A stretch of DNA of 64,000 nucleotides from Candidatus Levyibacteriota bacterium (GCA_043807135.1 JAZDGF010000003.1:8516-72515), one strand, 5' to 3'. Shown: positions 47,764-57,294, counted from the stretch's first letter. Numbers and translations are program-made. The notes: generated by a model not told the origin, from the letters alone.

Positions 47764-50643
47764 ATGGATAAAAAGCTTAACAAACAACAGCTTACTGCAG
47801 TAACTCATGGCAGCGGACCTCTTTTGATAATCGCCGGGGCTGGAACAGGAAAAACTACTGTTATAACAGAAAGAATTAAATATTTAATTCTTGATAAGAA
47901 TACTAACCCTTCAGAAATTCTAGCACTTACCTTTACTGAAAAAGCTGCAATGGAAATGGAAGAAAGGGTAGATAAAGTAATGCCTTACGGATATACTCAG
48001 ATGTGGATTTCTACGTTTCATTCTTTTTGTGATAAAATTCTTCGTCAAGAAGCAATTCATATCGGATTAAATCCAAGTTATAAATTATTAACCGAAGCAG
48101 AAAGTATTTTACTTATAAGAAAAAATCTTTTTAAATTTAATCTTAAATATTTTAGACCACTTGGTAATCCAAATAAATTTTTAGGAGGGTTGCTGCAGCA
48201 CTTTAGTAGATTAAAAGATGAAGATGTAAGTGTTAATGAATATTTAAGGTTTTCGAAAAACTTAAAGAGGAAAAAGAAACAGGATAAGCAAGAAGTAGAA
48301 AAAACAATTGAACTTGCCAATGCATACAAAGCTTATGAGGAATTAAAAACAAAAGACGGCGTTATGGATTTTTCCGATCTTATCTCAAATACTCTTAATC
48401 TTTTTAAGAAACGGAAAAATATTCTTAAAAACTATCAGTTACAATTTAAATATATTTTAGTTGATGAGTTTCAAGACACAAATTATGCACAAAATAAACT
48501 GACAGAACTTCTTTCAGGAGAAAAAAAGAATATAACAGTCGTTGGAGATGATGATCAATCAATTTACCGTTTTAGAGGAAGCTCCATTTCAAACATCATT
48601 CAATTTAAAGAAAAATTTCCTAAAACAAAAATCGTAACACTTACAAAAAACTATAGATCTACAAAAGAAATCCTTGATAGAGCTTACAATTTAATTCAAT
48701 TCAATAATCCAGATCGACTTGAAGCAAAAGAAAAAATTAACAAAAAATTGAAATCAGCAAGAAATATTTCGGGAGAAAATATAAGTTTTAGTTTTTCAGA
48801 CAGAGCAGAAGATGAAGCAGATTCAGTTGCTGAAAAAATTAATAAGCTAACACAAAATAATACGTTCCAATTTAAAGATATTGCAATTTTAGTTAGAGCA
48901 AACAATCATGCCCAAGCATTTATAAGAGCATTTGAAAGAAAAAGAATCCCTTTTCAATTTTTAGGCCCGGGAAAATTGTTTCAGCGTGAAGAAATAAAAA
49001 ATTTAGTTTCCTACTTAAAGATTCTTTATAATTTTGAAGATTCAATCTCCCTTTATAGAGTTTTAACTATGTCTATTTTTAAACTGAATGCAATAGAAAT
49101 TGCATCTCTGTTAAACCTTTCGAAAAGAAAAAACTATTCACTTTTTGAAACTTTAGAAAAAGTAGATGAATCTTTTCTAAGCCAACAAACAAAAGAAAAG
49201 ATAAAAAATATTAGTAAAATGATAAAAAAACACTTGAAGCTCGTTCCTAAAGAATCAGCTGGACAAATTCTTTTTTATTTTTTGCAAGACAGTGGTTTTT
49301 TAAAAGAAATAATAAACCCAAAAACAGAAAAAGATGAATTAGCCGCAAAAAATATGGCAAAGTTTTTTGATAAACTAAAAACCTATGAAACAGAACGTGA
49401 GACAGCAACTGTTTTTGAAGTTGTTGATTGGATTGATCTTTCAATGCAAGTTGGAGAGAGCCCTTTAAGCACAGACTTTGATTGGACTGAAAATAACGCC
49501 GTTAATATTTTATCTATTCATTCAAGTAAGGGTCTTGAATTTCCAGTTGTATTTTTAGTTAATCTTGTTTCAGAACGTTTTCCCACAAGACAAAGAAAAG
49601 AAATAATTCCTATTCCTTCCGAATTTATTAAAGAAATTTTACCGAGTGGTGATTTTCATATAGGAGAAGAGCGAAGACTTTTCTATGTTGGAATGACTAG
49701 AGCAAGAGACTTATTATTTATGACCGCATCAAAATATTACAGTGAGGGAAAAAGAGAAAGAAAAGTATCTCCTTTTGTATATGAATCACTAGGGGAAAAA
49801 AACATAATCAAAATACTTGAAAAGGATAATTCTAAAGATAATCGTCAATTATCCTTATTAAACTGGGAACAAACTGCTCAAATTGACATACCAGTTAGTT
49901 CAAATATTTCTATAAATTATCTTTCTTATTCTCAAATTCAAACTTTTGATATCTGTCCTCTTCATTATAAATTAAAATATATTTTAAAAATTCCTACCCC
50001 TCAAACCTCTGCACAAAGTTTTGGAACAAGTGTTCATACAAGTCTTAGAGATTTTTATCAAAGCTGGATTGCGGGACAAAAGATAGCTAAGAGAGATATT
50101 GAAAGTTTAATTAAAAAAAACTGGATAAATGAAGGTTATCAAAGTAAAGAGCATGAAGCAAAAACATTTAAAAAAGCAAAACAAATAATTCTTAGCTATT
50201 TGGAGAAAAATTTTGATGAAAAAAAACTTCCGATTAAACTTGAATATCCTTTTAACTTTATGATTAAAAATTTAAAAATTGGAGGGAGAATAGATAGAAT
50301 AGACTTGTTAAAAGATAACAAAATTGAAATTATTGACTACAAAACTGGAACTAATATTCCTGACGAAAAATTTTTAGCAAAAAATATGCAGCTTGCTGTA
50401 TATGCACTAGCAATAACAGAGCTTAGAGATAAAATACTTTATAAAAAACCTGAAGATATTATTCTATCTTTTTATTATCTTGAAGAAGGAAAAAAAATAA
50501 GTACTATAAGAACTAAAGAGCAGCTAGAAGAGACTAAGGAAAAAATTCTGGAGAAATCAAAACAAATTGCAAATAGCGATTTTGTCTGCAGTAAAAACAG
50601 GCTCTGCTTAACCTGCGAATACAAGATTCTTTGCTCAGCATAA
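47764..50643 (+). CDS. UvrD/PcrA-like SF1 helicase fused to a PD-(D/E)XK nuclease with 4-Cys cluster (AdnA/B- or AddA/B-like)
   Basis: AGAGTGKT, VDEFQD, GDDDQSIY and KGLEF motifs; C-terminal ICP...GRIDRID..IIDYKTG...C-x5-CxxC-x5-C. Confidence 0.88.
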   Translation: MDKKLNKQQLTAVTHGSGPLLIIAGAGTGKTTVITERIKYLILDKNTNPSEILALTFTEKAAMEMEERVDKVMPYGYTQMWISTFHSFCDKILRQEAIHIGLNPSYKLLTEAESILLIRKNLFKFNLKYFRPLGNPNKFLGGLLQHFSRLKDEDVSVNEYLRFSKNLKRKKKQDKQEVEKTIELANAYKAYEELKTKDGVMDFSDLISNTLNLFKKRKNILKNYQLQFKYILVDEFQDTNYAQNKLTELLSGEKKNITVVGDDDQSIYRFRGSSISNIIQFKEKFPKTKIVTLTKNYRSTKEILDRAYNLIQFNNPDRLEAKEKINKKLKSARNISGENISFSFSDRAEDEADSVAEKINKLTQNNTFQFKDIAILVRANNHAQAFIRAFERKRIPFQFLGPGKLFQREEIKNLVSYLKILYNFEDSISLYRVLTMSIFKLNAIEIASLLNLSKRKNYSLFETLEKVDESFLSQQTKEKIKNISKMIKKHLKLVPKESAGQILFYFLQDSGFLKEIINPKTEKDELAAKNMAKFFDKLKTYETERETATVFEVVDWIDLSMQVGESPLSTDFDWTENNAVNILSIHSSKGLEFPVVFLVNLVSERFPTRQRKEIIPIPSEFIKEILPSGDFHIGEERRLFYVGMTRARDLLFMTASKYYSEGKRERKVSPFVYESLGEKNIIKILEKDNSKDNRQLSLLNWEQTAQIDIPVSSNISINYLSYSQIQTFDICPLHYKLKYILKIPTPQTSAQSFGTSVHTSLRDFYQSWIAGQKIAKRDIESLIKKNWINEGYQSKEHEAKTFKKAKQIILSYLEKNFDEKKLPIKLEYPFNFMIKNLKIGGRIDRIDLLKDNKIEIIDYKTGTNIPDEKFLAKNMQLAVYALAITELRDKILYKKPEDIILSFYYLEEGKKISTIRTKEQLEETKEKILEKSKQIANSDFVCSKNRLCLTCEYKILCSA

Positions 50644-50655
50644 AGAGCCTCTAGT

Positions 50656-50684
50656 TTTACATTTAGATCATTACTTGATATAAT
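50656..50684 (+). promoter_or_regulatory. Promoter for RNase P RNA
   Basis: TTTACA-17 nt-TATAAT with extended TG, ending 7 nt before helix P1. Confidence 0.7.
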
Positions 50685-50691
50685 TAACGTT

Positions 50692-51049
50692 GGATTCTAG
50701 GAAGTAGGTTGCTAGTCCCGATTTATTCGGGACAGGAAAGTCCAGACAGGTGTAAAGCCGGGGACGGAACGTAAGTTCCGACTAGTAATATCTGGTACCT
50801 AAGATTTTTATCCACGTGTGGATCTTAGGACAGGTTTTGAATTAACAAAATCTGAGAGCAACAGAGACGAGTGGATGTGAAACGGGCAATCCCACCTGCT
50901 GCAACCTCCGAATGATGCGTTATTACTTGCTTTACAGGAGCATCAAAGCTTGAGGGCATCTCGTTAATTCGAGACAGAAGTGATGAAACATCACAGCTGA
51001 GATAGATTGCAACTAAAACAGAATCTGGCTTATTCACTTCCTGGAATCC
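50692..51049 (+). ncRNA. rnpB: RNase P RNA
   Basis: P1 GGATTCTAGGAAGT/ACTTCCTGGAATCC; CR-I GGAAAGTCC (50735); CR-II GCAACAGAGA; CR-III GTGAAAC; CR-V ACAGAATCTGGCTTA; P2 GTTGC/GCAAC; P6 TGTAAAGC/GCTTTACA. Confidence 0.92.
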
Positions 51050-51321
51050 TTTTTATTTACCCCTAGGAATTTTCATACCCCCTACAATAAAACAACTAGG
51101 ATAAGACCTCTCATAAAAGACAAGTTAAAAATATTTAAGGAGTGCGAGAAGATTTTGATTTACGATAAAAAAATTAATGAGTTAAAAACGTAAGCAAGAA
51201 TTACACAGTATAAATGAAGTTAAAATTATCCTATCTATACACAAAACTTAGAAAACAATCATTTAAGAACGATAATGAAAGTCGTTTTTAGCCCAAGCGT
51301 TATAAAAATATTAAATAAGAA

Positions 51322-51594
51322 TTATTTTACGGCTTTTTTTAAGGTCTTGCCTGGCGTAAAACCAGGAGCATTTCTAGCACCGATTGTAATTTTTTCTCCT
51401 GTTTTTGGGTTTCTTCCCGGTCTTTGAGCTCTTTTTCTAACACTGAAAGTCCCAAAACCAGTAATTACAACTTTTTCTCCTGTTTTAAGTGAATCTCTAA
51501 TTCCGTTTAAAAAATGTGTAACAGCTTCTCTTGATGCTTTATTGGTAAGATTTGCTTTTTTTGCAACTAATGCAATTAAGTCATTTTTTGTCAA
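51322..51594 (-). CDS. hup: HU family DNA-binding protein
   Basis: ITGFGTFSVRKRAQRPGRNPKTGE; TTG start behind AAGGAGGTGA. Confidence 0.95.
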   Translation of the reverse strand: MTKNDLIALVAKKANLTNKASREAVTHFLNGIRDSLKTGEKVVITGFGTFSVRKRAQRPGRNPKTGEKITIGARNAPGFTPGKTLKKAVK

Positions 51595-51760
51595 ATTTCA
51601 TCACCTCCTTTATTTGTTTTAAATTATTTTTATAATCCCTTTCAATTTATTTATAAAATAAATTTGGGCATGTATTAACTAGTAAATAAGATTAGGTCTA
51701 AAATACAATGAAAACGAACACTTTGTCAAGACCTGATTTTATTAAACTAAATGAAGATTA

Positions 51761-53017
51761 TTAAGATTGAGAAGAAACTGCTCTAAATTCTCTAATTACA
51801 GTTACTTTTACATCGCCTGGAACTGCTAATGCACTGCTTATTTCATCTCTAATTTTAGATGCTAAAACGGTTGTCTGTGCATCATCCAATCTTCCCGGAT
51901 CAATAATTACTCTTAATTCTCTTCCTGCTTCAAATGCGTATGCATCTTGAACTCCTTCATATTTTTTTGCCATTTCTTCCATTTCTGTAAGACGTATTGC
52001 ATATTCTTCAACATCTTCATATCTTGCTCCAGGACGTGCTCCAGAAATAGCATCGGCAATATAAACAATAACTGACTCCATAGAGGAAAAGGGCTTATCT
52101 TCATGATGTTCTAAAACAGAATTAATAACAGGTTCTGGCATATTGTATCTCTTTAAAAGCTCTGCTCCTAATTTAACGTGATTTCCTTCTCCTTCTACAA
52201 CTTTGCCTACATCGTGAAGAAGACATCCAAGTCTTACAATATTTGCATCTGCACCAACTTCTTGGGCTATATGAACACCAATTTTAGTTTCTTCTAATGT
52301 ATGAACAATTAAATTTTGGCCATAAGAAGTTCTAAATTTAAATCTTCCCAAAATTGATAACAAATCTTTCGATAGATTAAAAACACCAGCTTCATGAGAA
52401 AGTTTTTCTCCCTCATCAAACATTACTTTTTCTACTTCTTTTTTAGTTTGCTCAACAATTTCCTCAATTCTAAACGGTTGAATTCTGGTGTCCTTAATAA
52501 GTTTATCAAGAGACCTTCTAGCAATTTCTCTTCTCACTTGATCAAAACTTGAAAGTCTAATTATTCCTTCTTCATCAAGATCAACATCTACTCCAGTTGC
52601 CTGTTCAAATGCACGGATGTTTCTTCCTTCTTTTCCAATGATTCTTCCTTTAATATCTTCATCGGAAATTTTTACAGTAGAAACAGTAAATTCGGCAATG
52701 TAGTTAAGTGCACCATGTCGCATGCTGTCAACCAATATTTCCTGTGCTTTTTTATCTGCAGTTTTTTTAGCAAATTCTTCTTTTTCTTTAATTATTTTTG
52801 CAATTGCCTGGGATTCTTTTTCCTCTGTTTGTAAGAGCAGTTCCTTTTTTGCTTCATCAGCGGTTAGACCAGAGGTCTTAGAAAGTTTTTCTCTGTACTC
52901 ATCTTTTAGGTTTTTTAGCTCTTCTTTTTCTTTTTCGAGCTTTTCTTTTTCCTTATCAAGTCTTTCTTCTTTTTCGAGAAGTTTTTCTTCCAATTTAATT
53001 AAATCTTGATTTTGCAT
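51761..53017 (-). CDS. rny: Ribonuclease Y (no N-terminal TM helix)
   Basis: Coiled coil; KH domain KGRIIGKEGRNIR; FRTSYGQN; LLHDVGK; ADAISGARPGAR. Confidence 0.93.
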   Translation of the reverse strand: MQNQDLIKLEEKLLEKEERLDKEKEKLEKEKEELKNLKDEYREKLSKTSGLTADEAKKELLLQTEEKESQAIAKIIKEKEEFAKKTADKKAQEILVDSMRHGALNYIAEFTVSTVKISDEDIKGRIIGKEGRNIRAFEQATGVDVDLDEEGIIRLSSFDQVRREIARRSLDKLIKDTRIQPFRIEEIVEQTKKEVEKVMFDEGEKLSHEAGVFNLSKDLLSILGRFKFRTSYGQNLIVHTLEETKIGVHIAQEVGADANIVRLGCLLHDVGKVVEGEGNHVKLGAELLKRYNMPEPVINSVLEHHEDKPFSSMESVIVYIADAISGARPGARYEDVEEYAIRLTEMEEMAKKYEGVQDAYAFEAGRELRVIIDPGRLDDAQTTVLASKIRDEISSALAVPGDVKVTVIREFRAVSSQS

Positions 53018-53033
53018 AAAATATTATAAACGG

Positions 53034-53132
53034 GGCAATAGAAAAGACAGAACTTATTTAAAAGATCTGTGGATGTCAAAAGAGAATTTGCAAATTAAAT
53101 TTTTCATATTTCTCTGACAATTTCTATCTGCC
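53034..53132 (-). promoter_or_regulatory. Putative structured 5' leader of rny (three-way junction)
   Basis: P1 GGCAGATAGAAA/TTTCTATTGCC encloses two hairpins; starts 6 nt after TATAAT (53144-53139). Confidence 0.4.
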
Positions 53133-53157
53133 TTTTAAATTATACTATTTAGCTTAG

Positions 53158-53646
53158 TCAATCGTCAACTAATACTTTTTTTATCGTTTCCCACTTAAAC
53201 CCTTTAGAAGCTAAAAATCTTACCATCTTTTGATAAGCATCTTTTTCTGAAAACCCTTTATATCTATTAATTCTCTTGCTAACAAGTCTTTTTGCTAGCT
53301 CTAAGTCATTTTGAATTTTAAACTCCAAAGCTTGAATTATCGGATCTGAAACTTCTTGCGATATTCCTTTTCTAGCAAGCTCTAATTTAATAATTCTCCA
53401 CGCTCTTGGCCTAATTTTTATTCTTTGCTCGATCCACCATTTAGTAAATTCTTTATCATCTAAAAATCTCTGTTTTTTAAGTTTAAAAACAATTTTTTCA
53501 AGCATCTTTTTTGATATTTTACTTTTTGCTAAACCAAATCTTGTTCTGCGAGGTTTTGTAAAATAATCTCTTAATTCTTTTTCTGACCTGGGACGAAAAG
53601 ATAAAAACCGAAGAGCTTTGTTGTAAAATCTTTCAAAAGATTCCAT
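53158..53646 (-). CDS. recX: Regulatory protein RecX
   Basis: ALRFLSFRPRSEKEL, FLDDKEF, IKLELARKGI and FLASKGF motifs; follows recA. Confidence 0.9.
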   Translation of the reverse strand: MESFERFYNKALRFLSFRPRSEKELRDYFTKPRRTRFGLAKSKISKKMLEKIVFKLKKQRFLDDKEFTKWWIEQRIKIRPRAWRIIKLELARKGISQEVSDPIIQALEFKIQNDLELAKRLVSKRINRYKGFSEKDAYQKMVRFLASKGFKWETIKKVLVDD

Positions 53647-53658
53647 TTTGTAATTAAT

Positions 53659-54729
53659 TTATGCTTTTTCTTCAACCCCAACTTCTACAGGAGTACCTGA
53701 GGTTTTTGTTTTACTCATTATTTCATTTACAATTTTTTTACTTACATCACTATGTTCTTTTAGAAAAGAGGCTGCCGCTTGTTTTCCTTGACCAAGTATT
53801 AGTTCTCCATATCTATAGAAAGCGCCTGATTTATTAATAACTCCCATATCAACACCAACGTCCATAACTCCTCCTTCACGGGAAATACCACCAGATCCAA
53901 CGTCAAATTCGGCAATTCTAAATGGAACAGAAACTTTGTTTTTAACAATTTTTACCCTATGCCTTGAACCAATTACTTTATCACCATCTTTAATAGTTTC
54001 AATTTTTCTAACATCCATTCTTATTGAAGAATAAAACTTAAGCGCAAGGCCTCCGGTTGTTGTTTCAGGATTACCAAACATAATCCCTATTTTTTGTCTT
54101 AACTGATTAGTAAAAATAGCAACTGTTTTTGATTTGGAAATTACACCGGTTAATTTTCTTAGTGCTTGAGACATAAGCCTTGCTTGAAGCCCCATCATAG
54201 AATCTCCCATTTCTCCTTCAATTTCTGCTCTTGGAACTAAGGCTGCAACAGAATCGATTACCAAAACATCTACTCCTCCTGATCTGATTAAACTTTCTGC
54301 TATTTCTAGTGCCTGTTCTCCTGTATCAGGCTGGGATATGAGAAGTTCGTCTAACTTTACTCCAATCTGTTTTGCCCAGATTGGATCAAGTGCGTGTTCT
54401 GCATCAATAAAAGCTGCCACACCTCCATGTTTTTGAGCTTGAGCGATGATTGATAAACAGACTGTAGTCTTTCCGGAAGCTTCTGGACCATAAATTTCAA
54501 CAATTCTTCCTCTTGGCACTCCCCCTACCCCAAGCGCTAAATCCAAGGGAAAACAACCTGTAGAAATAACTGAAATATCAAATCTTTGACCTCCTTCACC
54601 AAAGCGCATAATAGCGCCTCTGCCGTATTGTTTTACAATTTGTTCCATTGCAAGCTTTACTGCTTCCAATTTGTTTGAAGATTGAGCCTGTTCATTTGGT
54701 TTTGCCTTAGTTGACGATGATTTTGCCAT
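53659..54729 (-). CDS. recA: Recombinase RecA
   Basis: [28 protein letters not shown] and GGLALKFY motifs. Confidence 0.98.
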   Translation of the reverse strand: MAKSSSTKAKPNEQAQSSNKLEAVKLAMEQIVKQYGRGAIMRFGEGGQRFDISVISTGCFPLDLALGVGGVPRGRIVEIYGPEASGKTTVCLSIIAQAQKHGGVAAFIDAEHALDPIWAKQIGVKLDELLISQPDTGEQALEIAESLIRSGGVDVLVIDSVAALVPRAEIEGEMGDSMMGLQARLMSQALRKLTGVISKSKTVAIFTNQLRQKIGIMFGNPETTTGGLALKFYSSIRMDVRKIETIKDGDKVIGSRHRVKIVKNKVSVPFRIAEFDVGSGGISREGGVMDVGVDMGVINKSGAFYRYGELILGQGKQAAASFLKEHSDVSKKIVNEIMSKTKTSGTPVEVGVEEKA

Positions 54730-54794
54730 GCCCCAATTTTATCAATCTTGTGATAAAATACAATAGATCATTCTAGGTCAATTCTTATTTTTTT

Positions 54795-54868
54795 CGGGGT
54801 GTAGTTTAACGGTAGAATACGCGGCTGGGGGCCGTGTGGCTGGAGTTCGACTCTCCGCACCCCGACCA
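54795..54868 (+). tRNA. tRNA-Pro(GGG) with encoded CCA
   Basis: Acceptor CGGGGTG/CACCCCG; anticodon stem CGCGG/CCGTG with loop CT-GGG-GG; T loop GTTCGA; ends ACCA. Confidence 0.95.
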
Positions 54869-54946
54869 AGTTAAGCTTTTTTCCTTTTATAAAAACAAGT
54901 GTTTTAGCCTTGCTTTACAGTTTAAATTCACTTATAATACGATTTT

Positions 54947-55780
54947 ATGACAGAAAGAGTTTCAAGATGTAGACGATTTGAACATTTTCCCAGACTAGAG
55001 GGATTATCGAATGAATTATTTCCAAGTCATCTTGCAATAATTCCGGATGGGAATAGAAGATGGGCAAAAACACATAAGCTAAGTGCACTTAAAGGGCATG
55101 ATAACGGTCGTAGAAAAGTTTCAGAGCTAACTAGACATTTAAAAGAGCTCCCCATCAACATACTTACATTTTGGGCTTTCTCATCAGATAATTGGCATCG
55201 AGACCCTAGAGAGGTAGAAGGATTAATGAAAATAATAAATGCAGGATTAATGGAAAATCGAGATGAATTAATTAACGATAATTCAAGATTTATTCATGTA
55301 GGAAGAAAAGATCGAATACCTGAAGACCTTAGGCAAACTTTAGAAGATTTAGAAGAAGATAGTAGAGCGAACAGCGGAAGAATAATTGTCATGGCTATAG
55401 ATTTTGGAGGAGTAGATCAGTCTGTTCGCATGCTCCAAGATTATATGGAAACTGCAGTTAGGGAATTTTCAGAACAACAAGATTCTGATCTCAATGGAGA
55501 ATCTAGTCTTCCATTAAAAGCTGATATTTTTGTTGCTAAAAAAAGAAACGAATTGACTACGGAAAATATTAAAGAATTATACGACGGACAAGGATTAATT
55601 AGTCCCGCAGACCTTTTAATAAGAACTTCCGGAGAACTAAGAACCTCTGATGTTGGTTGGCTAAACGGAAAAAATACAGAACTTTATTTTACAGACACGC
55701 ACTTCCCTGAAATAACCGATAGGAATATAGAAGATGGAATTCTAGATTTTTCTAGAAGAAAAAGAAGAATGGGCAAATAA
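54947..55780 (+). CDS. uppS: Polyprenyl diphosphate synthase (cis-prenyltransferase)
   Basis: HLAIIPDGNRRWA, AFSSDNWHR and DLLIRTSGELRTS motifs; C-terminal RRMG. Confidence 0.9.
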   Translation: MTERVSRCRRFEHFPRLEGLSNELFPSHLAIIPDGNRRWAKTHKLSALKGHDNGRRKVSELTRHLKELPINILTFWAFSSDNWHRDPREVEGLMKIINAGLMENRDELINDNSRFIHVGRKDRIPEDLRQTLEDLEEDSRANSGRIIVMAIDFGGVDQSVRMLQDYMETAVREFSEQQDSDLNGESSLPLKADIFVAKKRNELTTENIKELYDGQGLISPADLLIRTSGELRTSDVGWLNGKNTELYFTDTHFPEITDRNIEDGILDFSRRKRRMGK

Positions 55781-55829
55781 AATACCTCTTTGTAAATTTT
55801 TATTCGTAGTTATACAAATTAAAAAAATC

Positions 55830-56285
55830 TTATCTTTTCGGAGATTGCTTTTTGCGTCTTGATTTTCCACCCATTCCGACATTTCTTCGCTGTCTTGCTC
55901 TTGGATCACGTGTTAATAATCCTTTTTTCTTTAATATCTGCCTATTCTTATCATCAATTAAGGAAAGAGCTCTTGAAATACCATGAACTACAGCATCAAG
56001 TTGTCCTTTTGGTCCACCACCAACCACTCTTATTGTAATTACATATTTACCTAATGTATTAGTTGCTTTTAAAGGCTCCGAATAGATAGCTAAAAATACT
56101 GCTCCACTAAAATAATCTTCAATTTTTTTGTTATTTACAAAAATATCTCCTTTTTTAGCTTTTTCCCCTGCAACAACAAGATCAACTTTAATACTTGCAT
56201 AAACTCTTATTCTTGCAACTGACGTTCTTCTTCTACCAACTGCAAAAACAAATCCCTTTTTATTATCTTTATCTAATTCTGCCAT
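55830..56285 (-). CDS. rpsI: 30S ribosomal protein S9
   Basis: GRRRTSVARI, GGGPKGQ, LLTRDPR; C-terminal KR. Confidence 0.96.
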   Translation of the reverse strand: MAELDKDNKKGFVFAVGRRRTSVARIRVYASIKVDLVVAGEKAKKGDIFVNNKKIEDYFSGAVFLAIYSEPLKATNTLGKYVITIRVVGGGPKGQLDAVVHGISRALSLIDDKNRQILKKKGLLTRDPRARQRRNVGMGGKSRRKKQSPKR

Positions 56286-56287
56286 AA

Positions 56288-56716
56288 TTATTCCTTATTC
56301 TTAAATTTATCTTCAAAACCATGCACTGGTCCTGCAAAGACACGAAATCTTTTTAACATTTTAGCTTTTAATTTATTTTGTGGTACCATCCCTGATACAG
56401 CATGTATAATTATATCTTCCGGTCTTTTTTCTCTTAATTCTTTTAATGTTTCTTCTCTAAATCCCCCTGGATAACCTGAATGCCTATAATATTTTTTATC
56501 TGTTTCTTTTTTTCCAGTAACTTTTATTTCTTTTGCATTTATTACAACCACATAATCTCCACAATCTAAATTTCTAACATAATTCGGTTTTGACTTACCC
56601 ATTAATAGTTTTGCAATATCAACAGAGATCCTTCCTAAAACTTTTCCCTTAAGATCAATTAAATGCCATTCTCTTTTTATGTCTGATTGCTTTATCGCTG
56701 TTGAGCTTTTTTTCAT
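56288..56716 (-). CDS. rplM: 50S ribosomal protein L13
   Basis: WHLID...LGR, DCGDYVVVINA, YYRHSGYPGG. Confidence 0.97.
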   Translation of the reverse strand: MKKSSTAIKQSDIKREWHLIDLKGKVLGRISVDIAKLLMGKSKPNYVRNLDCGDYVVVINAKEIKVTGKKETDKKYYRHSGYPGGFREETLKELREKRPEDIIIHAVSGMVPQNKLKAKMLKRFRVFAGPVHGFEDKFKNKE

Positions 56717-57171
56717 TATTTTTTACTCTCCTTTTTTGGATTTTCTTTTTTCCCTTTAGCTACTTTCTTATTAGCAATTTTAACTTTTTTATTCTTAACT
56801 TCTACTTTTGGCTGAATTGACTTTTCAGTCCACTCTAAAATAACCATTGTTGCATCATCTCCAAATCTTCTTCCAAGTCTTGTAATTCTTGTATATCCAC
56901 CTTGTCTATTACTAAAACTTGGAGCAATTCTTAAAATCATTTTTTCAACTGCTTTAGGATTTAATTTTTTCCCTAAAAGTCTTTTTGCCAAAAGAGTATC
57001 TTTTCTTGCTTTTGTAACAAGCTTATCAGCATCTGCTTTTATCGCCTTTGCTTTCTGCTCCGTCGTTTTTATTCTCTCTTCCAAAACAAGAGAAGAAAGA
57101 AGCCCTTTAAACAAGGCTTTTCTCTCATCCTTATCTCTTTTTAATTGTTTTCCAAGAATTTTTTTTCTCAT
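56716..57171 (-). CDS. rplQ: 50S ribosomal protein L17
   Basis: IKTTEQKAK, RQGGYTRI, RRFGDDA; Lys-rich tail. Confidence 0.96.
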   Translation of the reverse strand: MRKKILGKQLKRDKDERKALFKGLLSSLVLEERIKTTEQKAKAIKADADKLVTKARKDTLLAKRLLGKKLNPKAVEKMILRIAPSFSNRQGGYTRITRLGRRFGDDATMVILEWTEKSIQPKVEVKNKKVKIANKKVAKGKKENPKKESKK

Positions 57172-57179
57172 AATAAAAA

Positions 57180-57288
57180 TCAGCTATCGGTTCTCGGTTT
57201 TTCGCTTTCAGATTCTAGTCTTGTCGGTCTTTTTTGACTGAGAAGCTGAAAACTGCTTAACCAAAATCTGATAACTGAAAACTGATAG
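57180..57288. repeat. Inverted arrays of degenerate heptamer repeats (CTGAWAA-like) between rpoA and rplQ
   Basis: Left arm CTATCGG TTCTCGG TTTTTCG CTTTCAG; right arm CTGAGAA..CTGAAAA..CTGATAA CTGAAAA CTGATAG. Confidence 0.6.
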
Positions 57289-57294
57289 TCTAAA

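Noticed and set aside
50825-51037. 70-aa minus-strand ORF
   Set aside because: Antisense to the RNase P RNA gene.
51050-51321. AT-rich gap with AAGGAG followed by a 12-codon TTG ORF
   Set aside because: SD-start spacing is too long, with no clear promoter or recognisable peptide; compatible with chance.
54795-55830. Genomic island integrated at tRNA-Pro
   Set aside because: No integrase and no direct repeat of the tRNA 3' end; a single housekeeping gene follows.
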